64,000 bases of DNA from Balamuthia mandrillaris (lineage: Eukaryota): contig JAVKOQ020000063.1 in NCBI GenBank assembly GCA_031835245.2, positions 124,001-188,000 of the forward strand. Reading direction: 5' to 3'. Each line of letters starts with the position of its first letter. The first letter of the stretch is position 1. Both the position numbers and the translations under genes were made by a program. Below the pieces are notes generated by a model. That model was not told the DNA's origin and ran no database searches. It was given only the letters and a program-made list of their open reading frames with translations. Below, piece by piece: positions 1 through 17,764 of this stretch.

Positions 1-16
1 AAAAAGATAGCGTACC

Positions 17-1175
17 TCAAAAGAAGGAGCACGGAGGCATGTGACGTGCTTGGCCGCTGCCCTGGTCCTCAAAGTCTGGTCCATCATCTTCTGCTGGAAC
101 AGGTCTAAAGCATTCATGGCCGAACCATGTGAGGGAGCGCAGAAAGACATAGCAGTCAAGCGCGGGACAGAAGCGGTACATGAGTCTTCCGCTGATGCCG
201 CTCTCACACCCATTGCTCATCGTAAACTGATGACAGTACGCTTTTTCTCCTTCCTCTATCTGCCTCTTTGTTGGCAGGGGTTCGGTTGGATCTACTCCTT
301 CTCCTTCTTCCCCACCAACAGCGCCAGGTTCTTCTTCACCCGAGTCGGTATAGTAGCCGTCATAAGGGCTATAGTAGATGTCGCAAGAGATGAGCTCATC
401 GTTGAAGAGACCAGAGGAGATGCTGCCGTTGCAGTGGTTGGTGAGGTTTGCAGAGAAGGAGGCCACATCATCGCTGCAGAGGATGGCCCATGAGGACCAT
501 TCAACAACGGAGGTGTGGGATGAGTCCCAGTAGTGGTCGTGGTCGTAGTCGTAGTCTCCACTGCCTGCCCATGGTGCAATTCTTCTTTCGTTGGAGACAG
601 TGACGCCTTCTCCTTCGTAACCTTCTGTTTTTTTTTTCGTAGTAACAATAAAGAAAGAATAAGAACTTCTGTTTTTTTTTTTTCGTAGAAGGGGAAAGGC
701 AACTGAGCGAAACAAGTGGAAGAGGCAAACCTTCAGCAACGCCAGATTCGGAGTAGTAAACGGTGCAGCTGCTTCCAAAGCTCTCTCCCTCTGTAAAGTA
801 AGCCACGAAGCACTCTGAGCCGTTGCGGTCGACTACGAAGAGAGCAAGCTGACCGCTGAAACCTCCCCTTATAAACCCGTGCTCAGGGGCCACAAATTCC
901 AAGCACTCCTCGTCCTCGCACTCGATCGCCTCTCCTTCGAGCCCATCCTCTGTGAGGCGGAAGGAGCCGTCGCAAAAGTAGCGAACAGAGAAAACGTCAA
1001 CAAAGTCGGAGAAAGCACAGGCCTCCGAGTCGCCGCCGCTGGATAAAAGGGTGTACTCGTGGACGACGTGGTCCAGTTGAGCGTTGGACAAAGGAGCCAG
1101 GCCCATGCAGAGCACCACCACCACAAAGAACCACATCAACAACAAAGCGGGGGAAGGACGTGGTGTTGTGGCCAT
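17..1175 (-). CDS. Secreted Cys/acidic-rich protein of unknown function (2 exons)
   Basis: ATG at 1175 followed by a signal-peptide-like stretch (LLMWFFVVVVLCMGLAPLSNA). A GT..AG intron at 730-625 joins the 224-aa and 253-aa ORF frames (…VAEEGYEG…). Stop TGA at 17-19. Confidence 0.7.
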
Positions 1176-1538
1176 TCTTCCTTTCTCTGCTACGTTTTTT
1201 TTTATATTTTTCTTGCCTGAAGCCTCGGATCGTTACGCTTTTTGGCTTTTTTTCCATTGGTCCATCCAGCAGAGATTAACTGCCCAATGAAACGTACATA
1301 ATCTGATATGAGGGTTCTTTGTTTGTCAAGTAATTTCGGCGAAAAAAATCTGATTTCGTGTCGACGTTAAAGGCTCAATGACGTCAGCATGCTCGAAGAA
1401 AATTTCAAACCACCAACCAAAAATCAAAATGAGCTGCACGCCCTTTAACGCGAGAGTTTATTCTTAACGTACAATAGAACGCAAACAATTCACAACACAA
1501 TCTCCTTTTGTCCTCTCTCTTGCGATGAACAACCGAAC

Positions 1539-2761
1539 CTACTCCGCTGTTCCTTTCTCTTGAATGGTGATGGGAAGAACTGCTTTGATGGGTTTGGCTC
1601 CTTTCACCTGAAGATTACATATCAACTCGTGAACGCAGTTGCTTCCGCCCAACGCCAACGAGTCGGGCATTTCGTAGCGTATCTCCCCTTGGAAGGTGGA
1701 CTCTGGTTTCAAAGGAAACGCTCCGTCGGCGTCAAACTCTTGCTCTTTACCGGTCCGCATTTCCACTGACTTGGGTTTTTTCTTTCCGGCTCGGGGGATG
1801 GTTTTCGTGGTTTGAAGAAAGATAGAGAGCGACTTGATAACTTTTGGAGACTGGTTGTTCACTGTTACTGCATATGAGGAAAGGGTTTTTTTTTAAAAAA
1901 AGGACGTAAGTCAACATTTCAAGAACGAAGAAAGAAGAGAAGGACAAGGGTGGTACCGTAGATAGGCAGAGATTGACCGAGTGGCCATTCTTTAGATTCC
2001 AATGCGCAGTGAAAATGCAGTGGCTTCTTCCTTGCTCGCCAGTAACGCTCAGTCACTTCTGTGACCTCTCTTCCATTGGCAACGAACCGCCTCGTCAGGG
2101 TTAAGTTCCGCGAGTCAGAGTCTTCCATTCTGCTGTTATTAAAGTTTGGTGAAGAAGGGAAGTCAGGGCTGTTTGCAGAAGATGGACGCGCAGTGACACA
2201 TCGCCGTCTAGCATCGAACGAAGGACTGGGAGAGTTTTCTTCTTCGAATTGAGTCTCGATATCTCTTTGTGTCATCACTCCTTCCTTTAGAAGCGGCGGA
2301 AGAACGAGAGGAGGGGGCAAAGGTGCCTTGGCTATAGTTCGAGGAGTTGGAGGAGAGGGCATGTCACAGTCAAATGAGGAAATGGGAGGCGGGGGAGGAA
2401 GATTGGGAGCAGACAAGGACAGAGGATTGGGGTTGGGAGAAGGAAACCCGTTTTTGACTTCGTGACGCTTTAGCGAAGGCGGAGGAACGAGAAGAGGGTC
2501 GTGTTGTTGCCCACCGAGAGGACGTGGAGGAGCCCTAAGAGAATACATTCGCTGTCTTTCAGGCGGAGACCCTTCTGCGGCCGGTTGTACATCCCCCAAA
2601 CTTGTGCTCCGCTTTCGCGGGCTAAAGGCTTCTGTCCGTTTTGCCAACGCTATCCGCGTCTTGAGTTCTTCTATTCTTTCTACCTCGTGTTCGTACTCAT
2701 TTTTCACTTTGTCTATCTCTTGCCCCAGCCGCGCCACTTCCTGTTGCAACCTCGCCTTCAT
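1539..2761 (-). CDS. Coiled-coil + proline-rich + arrestin C-terminal-like domain protein
   Basis: Intron 1956-1868 gives LHFHCALESKEWPLGQSLPIYVTVNNQSPKVIKSLSIFL…HELICNLQVKGAKPIKAVLPITI, a pattern typical of an arrestin_C beta-sandwich. N-terminal heptads and poly-Pro are present. The 5' end is uncertain. Confidence 0.6.
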
Positions 2762-3078
2762 CTTGTGTTGGTCTTTCTTGCTTCTTATGTCTTATTCCCA
2801 GCACCACTTTTCATTACCATAACCAAAAGGTATTCGGGAGACGTTCGCTTATTTAGGAAAGAGAACCGATGTCTCCGAAACTCCGCTGTGTCTCTGTTCA
2901 ACTCGAATTAGCAACACTTTCTTTTCGGAGAGGAAAAAAAACAACAACAAACCATGAATTGGAACAGGTGAGTCATGTTAGTCCTGTAACACAATGATTA
3001 AGGCAAGAGGCGAAATGGAAGTGAATTTTAAAAAAAAATTTACAAAAGAACAAACACAGAGTGGGAATGAAGAAAAAC

Positions 3079-5616
<2,538 letters not shown>

Positions 5617-6219
5617 TATTATTCTGACTTTTCTCGTTTGTTTGTCTTTGTGTCGACAATTTGGGGAAAAGAAATGGTAAGGGGAAAAAAGGCAACATAC
5701 AAGTCGCCACGCCTTCCCTGCTTCTTCTCGCTGAGGAATTGTGTGTCGTCTAGGACTCCTTTCAAACCAAGCCGTTGCGCGTTGCTCCTCTGCTCAATTC
5801 TAGCGACGACATGAAAATTTCATAGAATGTCGACAAAGTCATAAATCCGTGACGACATGGAAATTGTCCTCAAAAAATATTTTTGGTCGACATCCGAATA
5901 TTTGTTTCAGCCAAAAAATAGGCTGAGAAAAAGGAGGACTGAAAAGAAAAGAGAGAGATCAGCAAAAGTTATTGTTGTTGTTTTTTATTTTATTTTATTT
6001 TTTGCTCCCTCTCCCTACCTACTCGCCGCTATAACAACAACTACCAAGAGAAAAAAAACCAAGGTTTGTTCCTTTTTTTTGGTCTAAAGATTAACATTAA
6101 CGTTTTTTTTTTATTCGCGGTTACGCTTTGAATAGGTCTAATATTGTTGCTTGAGGAAAAAAAAAAAGCAAGGTGTTCTTCTTTTGTTTTGCTTTGCCCT
6201 TTGTAGAAGAAAAACCAAG

Positions 6220-6349
6220 ATGAATGAAGAAGACCTGGCCAAAAAGAAACAGAAAGAAGAAGAGCATGACATCCTGCAACGCCGGATTGAGGACACCTTC
6301 CGTCAGTACGAACGCGATTTGGAGTTTAGAGGTGAGAGCCCATCGTTTC

Positions 6350-6391
<42 letters not shown>

Positions 6392-9300
6392 TCCTTTCTC
6401 ATTCCTATTATTTTTTTGGCCATAATTTTTTTGTTATTTTCTTTTATTTTTTCCATTTTATTTATTTTTCTTTCTTTTCTATTTCTTTTTTTCTTTTTTT
6501 CTCTTTTTTCCATTTTATTTATTTTTCTTTCTTTTCTATTTCTCTTTTCTTTTTTTCTTTTTTTCTCTTTTTCTTTTTTCTATTCTCTTTTTCTTTTTTC
6601 ATTCCCGAAGACATTTTTGACCAAACTTTTTTTTGTATTGTTTTATTATATTTTTAAACAATAAAGATGAGCCATGGGATGCTTTGGAGCAAGTAAACCA
6701 ATGGATACTGAACGCGATAGACCGAAAGGCGGCCAAGATGAAGAAAAAAGGGACGTGGAGGGATCCTGAGGCGCTGCGAGCGGTCATGCTTGAGCTTTTG
6801 GCCAGTTCTTCTTCCTCATCGTCTTCCGTTTCTTCTTGTTCTTCTTCGTCTTCATCTTCTTGTTCTTCGGATGATGAGTTGGACAACGAAAACGAAAACG
6901 AAAACGGCAACGGAAATCCAGAGACAACGGCAACCAACGAAAGCGAACAAGAACAAAAACAAGAACCGGAAGAACAAGAACAAAAAGAACACAAGGATGA
7001 CGAAGATGCCGTGGCAAAGACCGTTGAAGAAACAAAGATAGAGGAACAAAAACAAGAAGAAGGATTGAAGGAAAGAACAGACCAACAAAGAAATTGCTCT
7101 GATTCTGCTGCTGTAGAGCAAAGAGAAAAAGAGTGTAATATTCTTCATCACCAAGACGCAGAACAAGATGAGGTTCAAAATAAAGGTAAAGAAGAAATGG
7201 AAGAACAAAGCAACTTTCAAGATGATGGTGATGGCGATAACGTTGAGGATCAGCAGCAACAACAGGAAAGCAACGCAGACGTAGTACACGAAGAAACGGA
7301 AGAGGAGAAACAACGCAATGCTGAGTTGAAGCAAATTCACAATTATTTATTGCAGATTTTCTTGCCTCGCATTTGCAAGAAGCTGCTTCGCAAACGGTTT
7401 GCTCCTATCAATGCTCTTCTGTTTCTCTTTTCCTTTCTCTTCTTCTCTGTTGCTTCTCTACCAACAAGCTTTGTTTTGTGCCGTGCAGATACTATCCTCC
7501 ATATGCCAAACTTCGGTTGAACCAAATGTTCCAATACGTGCTTCACGCCATTGCCTTGTATATTACTTCCACCAACACCAAAAGAAGGCTAGTGAAGTTG
7601 CTCAACTGGTTGTTTGATCCTGATCTCGCATTTTATCAGATTTACAGTACTCATCGCATTGGCGAGGTTTGCTATTTCTTTCTCTCTTCATCCTCTACTA
7701 TTCGCCTCATCTTTTGATAAATGACTTTTGTTTTCTGGACTCTAGAATTATTATGATAACTCATTGACCGACGTTTCTGGTTTTTTCACTACAGTCCGTC
7801 AACCCCTTCCCTTCTGCTATTTTCTTTTTTCATTTCAACTGACCTTCCTTCCCCATTGAAAATTTTTAAAGCCGAACGGCCAAGCATCACCCTATTTGTT
7901 GCAAAACATAAATGCGTTCGGAGAGGTTTGTGGATTTGAATACATTGTAGATAGGCTTCAGGATGAGCAAAACCCCATCTCGTTGGCAAGGCTAGTCAAA
8001 GTTCTTGGACCCTTTGCTAGGGTTCTCTCCTCTCGCTCTCCTCTCGCTCTCCTCTCGCTCTCCTCTCGCTCTCCTCTCGCTCTCCTCTCCTCTTTTACTT
8101 CTTATTGTTCTTGTTCTTCTACTGAGCTATCTCTTATACCATACACAAAAGATTCGCAAGTGCTTATTACCAATGTACGCGAAACCTTGGGTGAAACGTG
8201 TCTCTGCCACGATGTTCAAACGCATCCTCGAATTGCCAGATAACGAACTTAAAATCATTCCAAAGGAAGATCTTAACAAAACGTTGGAAGTACTGGACAA
8301 GTTGTGTAAACTTTGCACACAACAACAACTGCAACCACAACGCCTTCTCTCTCCTCTGGATGATATAGAATTGGATGATGATGATTACTATAATCCTCAA
8401 CAGCTTCAACACGGTCAACACCATAACGAAGCAGAAGAAGATGATCCAATGGCGTTTGCAGAAGTGGTAGAAAGATTCAAGCTCAACTTTGCTTACAAGT
8501 GTCTTCATTCTTCTTCGTTGGAGAGAAGATTGAATGGCTTGAACGCCATCAACAAGCTGATTATGATGGCCACCAGAAAAGATGCTGAAGATAAAACCTC
8601 TTCTTATTCTTCGGGTTATGCGGCCGCTGGGTATGGATACGCCGCCAGGAGAATGCAAAGACTTTCTTCATCTGCCAAATGGCTTACAAAGCAACGAATG
8701 GTTTGTCTTATGTCTTTTTTTTTTGTTTTTTTTTTTCTCTTCGTTTTCTTTCGTTCTGTTCAACAATTCAATTCTCCAGGCGAATTGGTTGGAAGGAAAA
8801 GGCATCGTGGAAGAGTTATTCGGCAAAAAGATGCACATCGAGCTCATCTCTCGGTCCAGGGATGTGTTGAGCCTCCTCGTCGAGAGCAACAAGTTTGGAG
8901 AGGACTATCTCGACCTTCTATGGAACGCAGCAGCTGGCACTGGCAAAGAAGAGAGAATGACAGAAACAGTATTTGAGCTGATCGATATGCTCGTTCTTCA
9001 TCTCGAGCCGGAACACTTGGATCACTTGTTGCTGCGAATCAAGGAGACACAGATTTATGACTCACATACGTTAGCTTTGTTGAACTCCATCACTTTGCAA
9101 CAATTATCGGATGATCCTGATGAGGTTAATGCTCTCTTCTTTTCACCCTTTCTTTGCTGTTACTTTCGTCGTTCTAGAGCGTTCAGAAGCTTTCAGCCTT
9201 CTCCTCCCTGACCGGTTCTTTTCTGTCTGAAAAATAGGAGAGAAAAACTAGAGGATTATTGTTATTCTGGGATGCCATCCAAGATGAGCACTTCATCTCC

Positions 9301-12300
9301 GAAGCCGTCTCCAAAGAGGCAACGACCTATCTGAAGAATATCATTCCTCGGTCCCGTTGCCAATTGTACAGAATGAGTTTTATGAATCTCTGTCTTGCCA
9401 ACCTTCAAAATCATTCCTCTGTTCCACAGTCACTCAAACTGTTGCTTTCAATTTTGGGTATTCCTCTCTTTAACTTTCATTATCTCTTTCGTCGTTTCTC
9501 TTTCTCTTTTCCTCTTGCTCTCTTTATGTCACTCGTTGTGCTCGATTCTTACTTTGATGATGTTTTCTTTTGCAATAGAAACGTTTTCTGATGACCCGCG
9601 AATCAATGAAAGAGCGGCAGTCATTATCGACATGGCCGAAGAGCAACACCTTATGGATCGCTTTTTCTCTGATCTACAAATGTACAAAGAAAAGGCCATT
9701 GAAAATGCTGCTCAACAATTCGAAGAACGAGAACGAGCTCAAGATTCAACTCATAATTCTTACTTGTACTTAGTTCCTTCTCTGTTCTCTCATTCTCCCT
9801 TATGCTTTTTGTCTTTCTTATTCCTCTTTTCGCTTCGCATTTAAAAACAAATACAGAGAAGAAGATGATTTGAAGCATGACATCAACAACTTGATCCTGG
9901 TTGGAGTTCAGCCTCACCTCAAACAAGTCGAAATCCGACTCAAGTTCCTCCGTTTCCTTCTGAGTCACTCTCCTCTCTACATCAGCTCCGCTCAACTGGA
10001 CCAACTTTGGGACAACCTTGTAGAACGCGCTCTGACTGAGAAGGAGAGAGACACCGCCTTTCTATGGTTCCAAAGCGTCTGCGGACATGGCTCGATCTTC
10101 TCGTATGATGCTCTTTCGCAGGCTATGAGCAACTTCTTTCTTGGCAAATGTTGTGGCGCGTACATGCGACAAAACTTTGCCACCATCACTCAGGCCGGCT
10201 TTGACTGCTTCGAGCAGTACTTTCGTTATCACAACATGGAACAACGCAAACTTTCTCCTCTGTCTTCGTCGAAAGACTTTGTGGTGAGTGATCTGTTTGG
10301 ATTGTATGGTCTGGATTGCCTTTGGCAGTTGGCGTTGAACGTGCGGGATGAGCGAGTGGCTCAGAGAGCGATTGACTCGCTCTATTCCCTCTACGATATT
10401 GATAAAGTACGGCTGTCTTCTCTATTTTATTTTATTCTCTCTCTTCTATTCTCATTCCTCTCTATTGCTTATATTTTGCTCATATTTCACAAAAAAGTTG
10501 TCACCCGAGTTGCAACAACAAATAGATACCATCCGGGGTAACTTTTTGGACACCATAATGTTGCATTTGGAGGAAGCTAGCAACAAGGATGGAACACAAA
10601 CCTCCACTGAAAATGCTCTCCGCATTCAACGCTGTCTTGAGCTGTTGAGGGTAAGGAGTAAAGCTCTTTTTTTTTTCTGAATGTAAACTCAATGTATTTC
10701 TTTGCAGAATTTCGTTCAAGAATATGAGAATCGTCAAGAGTTGTTGGCTTCTGCTTTAGGTTCATTCTCTTTAGTTTTTTTTTTCTGTGCTTTCATTTTC
10801 TTTTGTCTTTTTTTTCAATTTGAACTTATCGTGTATCAGAATTAGTTTCATCCTCCAATGCAGACCAACAAAACATAACGCTTCAGTTCTATTGGTTCCA
10901 TCAAGGAGTCAGCTTCGACATGAAGTTCACTCCCAAGGAAACGATGGGCGATGTTCGCAAGAAAGTGGCCCATAAGATCCAGAAAGATATTGATTTTTTC
11001 ACTTTGAGAACAGTCCCTTGGGATTACTTTGATGGGGACAATGATAACTTGACGCTGGGCACTGTTGGAATGGCTGATGGAACTACTGTTCATTTAAATT
11101 TGGTTTGTTTGTTTTTGCTTTTTTTGCTTTTCTCTCTCTCTCTTTTCATTTGGTGTTAATTTCTTTGCAAAGTTGGATGGAAGTGATAGTTTAGAGCTAT
11201 TAGAAGAGCACGAGGATACGGCCACCATTGCTGCTTTGCTTGGGTTGCCTGTATGTTATCTTTCTCCTTTTGTTTAAAAACAATCATGTTTTAAACTTCT
11301 CTTTTGACAACAAGCAGGAAGTGAAAAGTTCTTTTATTCCAAGCTACGCCCTTTCCAACAACCAAACCTTTTTCTACCTTCTTTTCAGCCTCCTTAGCCT
11401 TGATTCCAAGATTGCCGAAACGGTTCGTGATTGCTATGTTCTCATTCTATTACGCTTTGTTCTTCTTTCTAATATCTTTGTTATATGTCGTATACAAACA
11501 AACGAAAATAAAGGCGTGGGATCTTATTTGTATGCTTCCCACTAATGCGGCAATGGAGCGCAGCATTCGAACCTTCCACATCACTCCTCAAACCTTAACC
11601 TCTGCTACTTCTTCCTCGTCTTCCTTCCCCTCTGTAATAGCCACAAATGACGACGACGACCTTCTTCCAACGTCTCCTCCTCCTCCTTCACCTTCCGTTT
11701 CTTCTTCCTCCTCTTCTTCTGAAGAATCGTCTTCTTTGCTAGAGTCTCTCCCAGCTCCTATTCCTGACGAAGAAGAGAAACCTGATTGGACTCGTTTGGT
11801 GGATACTCGTTCGACCTTTAGTTTGCTTTACTCTCTTCGTATCATCAAAGGAGTTTTGGGTTTGGACAATTCGACCACCTCTCTTTCTCCTTCTGCTTCT
11901 TCTACCAACAACGCTTCACCTTCATCTGCTCCGTATGTTTCATCTACCATTGAAGAGGAAGAAGAAGCCCGATCCAATTGGGCCGCCGCGTTCATTGAGA
12001 ATGGAGGTCTTGCCCATATCATAGATGCCTTAGTCCATCATGAACGTTTTCAGGGCAGCCTTGCTAAGAGCTGTCTTCTCGCTGTAACTGAAATTATCGA
12101 CTTTATTCTCAGTACGTTTAACTCTTCTGTCTTGCTTTTTGAGGCTAACCCCTTCTTTAAAAAAACAGAGAATGATGTTTTGTCATCGCGGAGAGAAGCG
12201 CTAAGAAAAGTGGTGGACTATTCATCGTTAGTCAAAGGACTTGCAACAGTAGTTTGGCGATCGGCTCGAGACGTTACTTCTCTTTCTTCTTCCTCTGCTT

Positions 12301-12563
12301 CGTCCTCCTCTTCAACCGTAGCAACTATCAACATGGACGTCGCTTTAGTGAAGAACGCGATGAAGATTTTAACAGGAGTTGTTAGTCATCAAATCGGTGG
12401 ATTTGCTGTGGTAAACAGCGATAAACTCAAAAAGCCAAACTTGCTGAAAACATTGTTCCGACTGGAAGGCTTTGAGGAGTTTATTTATTTTGTGGTGTTG
12501 AAATGCTCTGAAGCGGCTATTCGAGAAGAGATGATTGAAGCTCTGGATAGCTTTTATACGTTC

Positions 12564-12606
<43 letters not shown>

Positions 12607-15600
12607 CTCTTTTTTCCTCTTTTGCGTTTTTCTTATTTATTTTTTGAATAACAACAGGATTGGGGGCAAGCGACAGCGACGCTGGTTGCTCGTTTTGATG
12701 TTTACATTTTTGCCAAAGATAGAACCCACTTCTCAAACCTGCAACGAGTACTTTAGTCTCATGTCTGAATTGCTGCGTCATCACAAAGAAGAACCAATAA
12801 CAGAGTGCGAAGCAAAAGAGGAAGAGGAGGAAGAAGCAGAAGCATTCAACAATAACGAACAAACAGCAAAAAAGAAGCAAACGACACTGAACGATCATCA
12901 AGCAGAAGAAAAGCACAAAGAGAAAGAGGAAGAAGAGAAGCGTTTACGCGAAACCCTTTTCACTCTTTCAGATTCCGAGCTGCTGCAAAGTTTCGCTCAG
13001 GCTCTGTTGCTTCTCATCAAGTATCATCCAATCTTGGAGGCTTCGGAGCACGATCCTCCCGACCTCGTCTTGATTGGTCTTTTACATCTCACTGCTGACC
13101 TTTCATGCTTGCTCTCTCCTTCCCTTCGTCAGAGCATCGGTTCCTCTTCTTCAACACACGAAGGTGTTACCTCTGTTGGAAGTGTTGGTTTGATCGAGGA
13201 GATAATTGTTGAATGCCTCTTCAAGATTCCATCTCCACACATCACCGGTTCATCTGATGAACCTACTTTGACTTCGACTTCAACCCTTCCTCCTCCTAAA
13301 TGCAAAACGAAAAACAGTCGAATCGCCGCTTTTCATCTTTTGGAGGAACTTTGCAAAGACTGTCCTAAAAACCAATTGTCGCTGGTCCATTTCATCGCAG
13401 AGACGCACTTAAAGACTTATCAACAACTTCAAAAACAGTCCTCTTCGCCTGTTTCTTCCTCAGCTTCTTCTTCGATATCTCATGATATGGATCTTTCCTG
13501 TAATGCTTCTGGAGAACTTGCTTCCTACAAAAACGAAAACAAGAATGCCGAAGAAAAAGCAGAAGGAAAACGAAGCTTCCTGCATATTTCAGAATGGGGC
13601 TTTTCGCCAACGGCTGGAGAACGTTCAAGCACAGGTTATGTTGGACTCAAGAACTTGGGTTGTATATGTTACATGAACTCGCTCATGCAGCAACTGTTCA
13701 TGATGCCCAACTTTCGTTCTGGTATCCTGTCTGTTAGTGGCACTGAAGGTTTGGTTCTATTCTTTTGTTATCAGCTTTCCCTCCGCGTTTCCTTTTTGCC
13801 TTTTACTCCTTTCTCTCTACTCTCTCTCTCTCTCTCTCTCTCTCATTAATGAAAATGCAACAAAAATATAGAAATGATGAAAAAACGAGAAGAAAGACAA
13901 TTGATCAACGCTAGCAAAGAAAAAAACAAGAAGAACAAGAAGGACAAAGAGAACGACATTGACGAGTTCTCGGAGAAAGAAGAAGAACCAAGCGAGGAAG
14001 AACTGCTGTTAGAGCTCCAAGAAATGTTTGCCTACCTCCAAGAAAGCATCAAGCAGTATTACTCTCCGAAACGGTTTTGCATGGTCTACAAAGATTATGA
14101 TGGACGTCCCATAGATGTAAGCGTTCAAATGGATGCTGATGAGTTCTTCAATATGCTTTGCGATAAGCTGGACAACCACTTAAAAGGCTCTCATCAGGTA
14201 ACATTTTTGTTATTGTTTTTTTTTAAATGGTTGTTGTTGACTAACTCGTTTTATAACGAAAAGGAAAAACTGTTGCATAATATTTGGTGTGGTAAAATGA
14301 CTTCGCAGTTGATTTGCAAAGGGTGCCCTCATCGCAGCGAAAGAGACGAGCCATTCTACACCATAAGTCTCGATATCAAAGGAAAGAAAGACATTTTGGA
14401 AGCGCTGCAGCTTTATGTTCGTGGAGATATGTTGGAAGGGGACAACGCTTACTTTTGCGAGCTCTGTGGAAAGCACGTTGATACACTGAAGCGCTCCTGC
14501 ATCAAAGTATCCTTCTTTTTGCGATATATTCCTTTTGCTTTTCTCTAACTTATTGTTTTTCTAATACGGCCGAAATAGACCCTACCCAATACACTCATTC
14601 TCCATCTCAAACGGTTCGAGTTCGATTTTGACACCATGGTCAAAATGAAGCTGAACCAACACTGCGAGTTTCCTTTCAAGTTGAACATGCTGCCGTACAC
14701 CAGGGAAGGATTAGCTGCAGCCGAAGAAGAGGAAGAACAAAAAAGGAGGACAAGACAACAGCAACAACAAAAGAAAATAGGAAAGAGAGAAGATGGAGAT
14801 GACGAGGATGATGACTCTTGCGTCTCTGTGGCAAGCAATAACAGCAGCGAAGCAGAGAGTAACAACAGCAGTAACAACAACGACGACAAGGACGGGGAGA
14901 GCTCTTCTTCATTGCCGCCACTCACTCATGAATTACCTCCTCTGCGCCCTCATGAATATTACGAATATGAACTAGTTGGCATCCTTGTGCATCGAGGCGT
15001 TGCTGACAGTGGCCATTATTATTCCTTCATAAAGGTATATCTTATTCTCGCTTCTTCTTTATTTTTATTGTTTTCATTTTGAATAACGAACAGCATTACT
15101 TCAAACAACAGGAACGAACTGGAGATTCTACAGCAAGATGGCTTGAGTTCAACGACAGAACGGTGCGGCCATTTGACATCAACCGATTGGAAGAGGAATG
15201 CTTTGGTGGGTACGAGGTAATCCCTCAATACGATGAGTTTACAAAGGTGCGTGTACAAAGACAAGTAGAGAACTCGAGAAGCGCCTATATGCTCTTTTAT
15301 GAGAGAATAGTACCTCAAGCTGTTAGTAGCGATGAGGAAGAGATGGTGGATAAAGCGGTTAGCAAACAAGAAGAATCTATTCAAGTTCATGTTCCGGCTG
15401 CGGGTTCTCCTCGTTCCACACCATCGAACGCTGTTCTTGTGCAACCTGACCTCTCGATTTCCAAAGGTTGATATTCTTTTCTTGTTGTTTTTATTTCATT
15501 TCTTTTTGTTGCTTGTTGCTCATTTTCGATTAAGGTTTACTGGCAGGAGTGTCGTTAGCTTCGCGACTATTTTCTGAAAGTGGCGGTTCGTCATCCACAG

Positions 15601-17764
15601 CTTCGTCACGCTGTGAAAGCAGCGGACAAAAGCGAAGTTTAGTTCCAGTTCCCCCGTTCCTATATAACGCTATTTGGCATCAAAATGTACAGTTCCTGCA
15701 ACAGAAGCGAATGTTTGAGGATTGTTACTTCCAGTTTGTATCCAACCTCATTCAACCTTGCACTCAATTGCATTTTGGTACAATCGCCTCTTCTCTCCCG
15801 TCTCTTCATTCTTGTCTCCTCTTCCACGCTTTCTCCTTTTTTTGTCGCTTCTCTTCTCTTCTCGTTCTCTTTGTTAACTTAAACCCTTTGTGCAATAGAC
15901 TATCATGAAAGGATGGACATCTCCACTCAGAAAGCAGTCGAAATGGGTTTCTTCTTCTTCCTCGAAATCATCTCTCACTCTCGCGAAAAAGACCGCATCA
16001 ACCACTTCTCCGAACAACTACGAAAGATACTTAAGGCGAATGTAGCAGCTTGTCGTTGGTGGGTTGGTCTCTTGGTGGATAAACCAGAATGGCTTAGAGA
16101 GATGTTGTTGGACTGCTCGTCGGAGGATGCTCGTCAAAACTTTGCAGAGCTCATTCATTATGCGCTCAAATATCTGTTGAAAGCAGGAGAGAGAGACTAT
16201 CTTCAGGTATTCCTGGCAGAAGGTGAAGAACGAGAAGAAGCAGGAGGAGAGACGATGCTTAAAGAAGGACAGATTGTGCGGCTGTGCATTGATAGAGTGT
16301 TGGAGTTAGACCGTTATGCAGTATTGAAGTGGCGCAACTTTGGTCAATACTTTACTCTCTTCTTCCACTTTGCATTGTTGGGCCCAACGGAGGTAATGCT
16401 TTTTTTTGTTGTCTTTCTTTTGATTGTTTCTTCTCACTAACTGTGTCTTTGTTCAACATATTAGATGGCGTATCTTCTCCGTCGCAATGTTATCTCCCGT
16501 TTCCTTGACATTTATTTAGGTCCTGACTCACCTAATGCTCGCGTACGTTCTCTGTTTTCACCCCTTTCTCTGCTTCGCTCATTCTCTTGCTTGTTCCCTC
16601 TCTTTGCTTCCTTCTCCCTTCCCTCTTGTCTCTTCTCTCTTCTTTCTACACTATTTTTCTAATGTTATCAAACAGAGACGACTTTACATGCGGTTTGGGG
16701 ATAAGTGGCAACAACCCGATTTCTCTTCTCTCATTTCTCTGGTTTGTCTTCTTCTTCGCTCCTGCCACATTGAACGAGATCAACACGAAGAAGTACGACA
16801 AATTTGCGATGCCGACGACGACACAACAGAAGAAGTCGTTCATTCTTCTCCTGTTTCTTCTCTTCGCGATTCTGGTGAAGCGGTATTTCCTTCTGACGAT
16901 GATGATGATGACGAAATTGACATCAAAGGAGGAGAGTTAATACCGCCAACTTCTCCTCAAACTGCTTCGTTTGTATACAACGCCAAACCACAGCAAGAAC
17001 AACTGGAGAAAGAAAAAGAGAAAGAAAAAGAGAACGAAACCGAAACCAAAGAAGATGAGCAATTACCTCAGCAACAACATAACGAACCCGAAGAAGAGAC
17101 AGAACGCAGAATTATCATTCTATCACGACCGTCTCCAACACAAGCAGAAGGCCCTCTCTTCACGCTCTCCGAGCAAGACAGCGAGATGGTGTTCAACGAG
17201 GCGTTCCTCTTGCGTCTCGTGAGCGATCCTCAAGCGATTTCAGACGCCTCTTTGCTTCTCTCTCATTTGTGTTGGGAGAATTTGAGCCTGAGTGACCTCA
17301 GCTTGCACGTTCTAATCATGGCAATCCAGAAGGCAAATTACGAGGGCCTTTCGGCGCTCCACAAAATCTTGCTGACGGTTCTCAACCTCGAAGACTTTTA
17401 TGCTGAACTGAGGGTACGAACCATTTTGCCTCGTCTCTTGGACTTATTCGAGGACAAGAAGAAGTTCCCCAAGAGCACCGAGATCAACCTTCGCTTCCTC
17501 ATTCACAAGCTCTACGAACGCAACGCCGTGGCTCAGCGCTACATGGACGACTTGGCGGCTGGAAGAAGAACGGCGGTGGCAGAGGAAGACGAAGAAGATC
17601 ACCATCAGCAACAACCAAGAAGTTTGGAGTGGATCACCGCCTGGCTGTCCAAGCACACGCACAACATAAACGTGCCGGGATGGATACGGCATGCTCCTGA
17701 TTATGACCCCAGCATGGAAATCAGTCTTAGCGGCTATGGCAAGCATTACTCTTGGTACTCTTAA
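6220..17764 (+). CDS. Large ubiquitin-specific protease, USP9X/USP24/USP34 (Fat facets-like) family, many exons
   Basis: Cys box GYVGLKNLGCICYMNSLMQQLF (~13635), QMDADEFF, finger CxxC pairs, His box YELVGILVHRGVADSGHYYSFIK (~14970), WLEFND and SAYMLFYER. Long helical N-terminus (SSSLERRLNGL) and a ubiquitin-like insert (~10920). Confidence 0.92.

Noticed and set aside
10..20. TGA followed by a donor-like G|GTACG, suggesting selenocysteine or readthrough
   Set aside because: No redox motif context, and the downstream sequence is outside the window, so a SECIS cannot be assessed. Treated as a normal stop.
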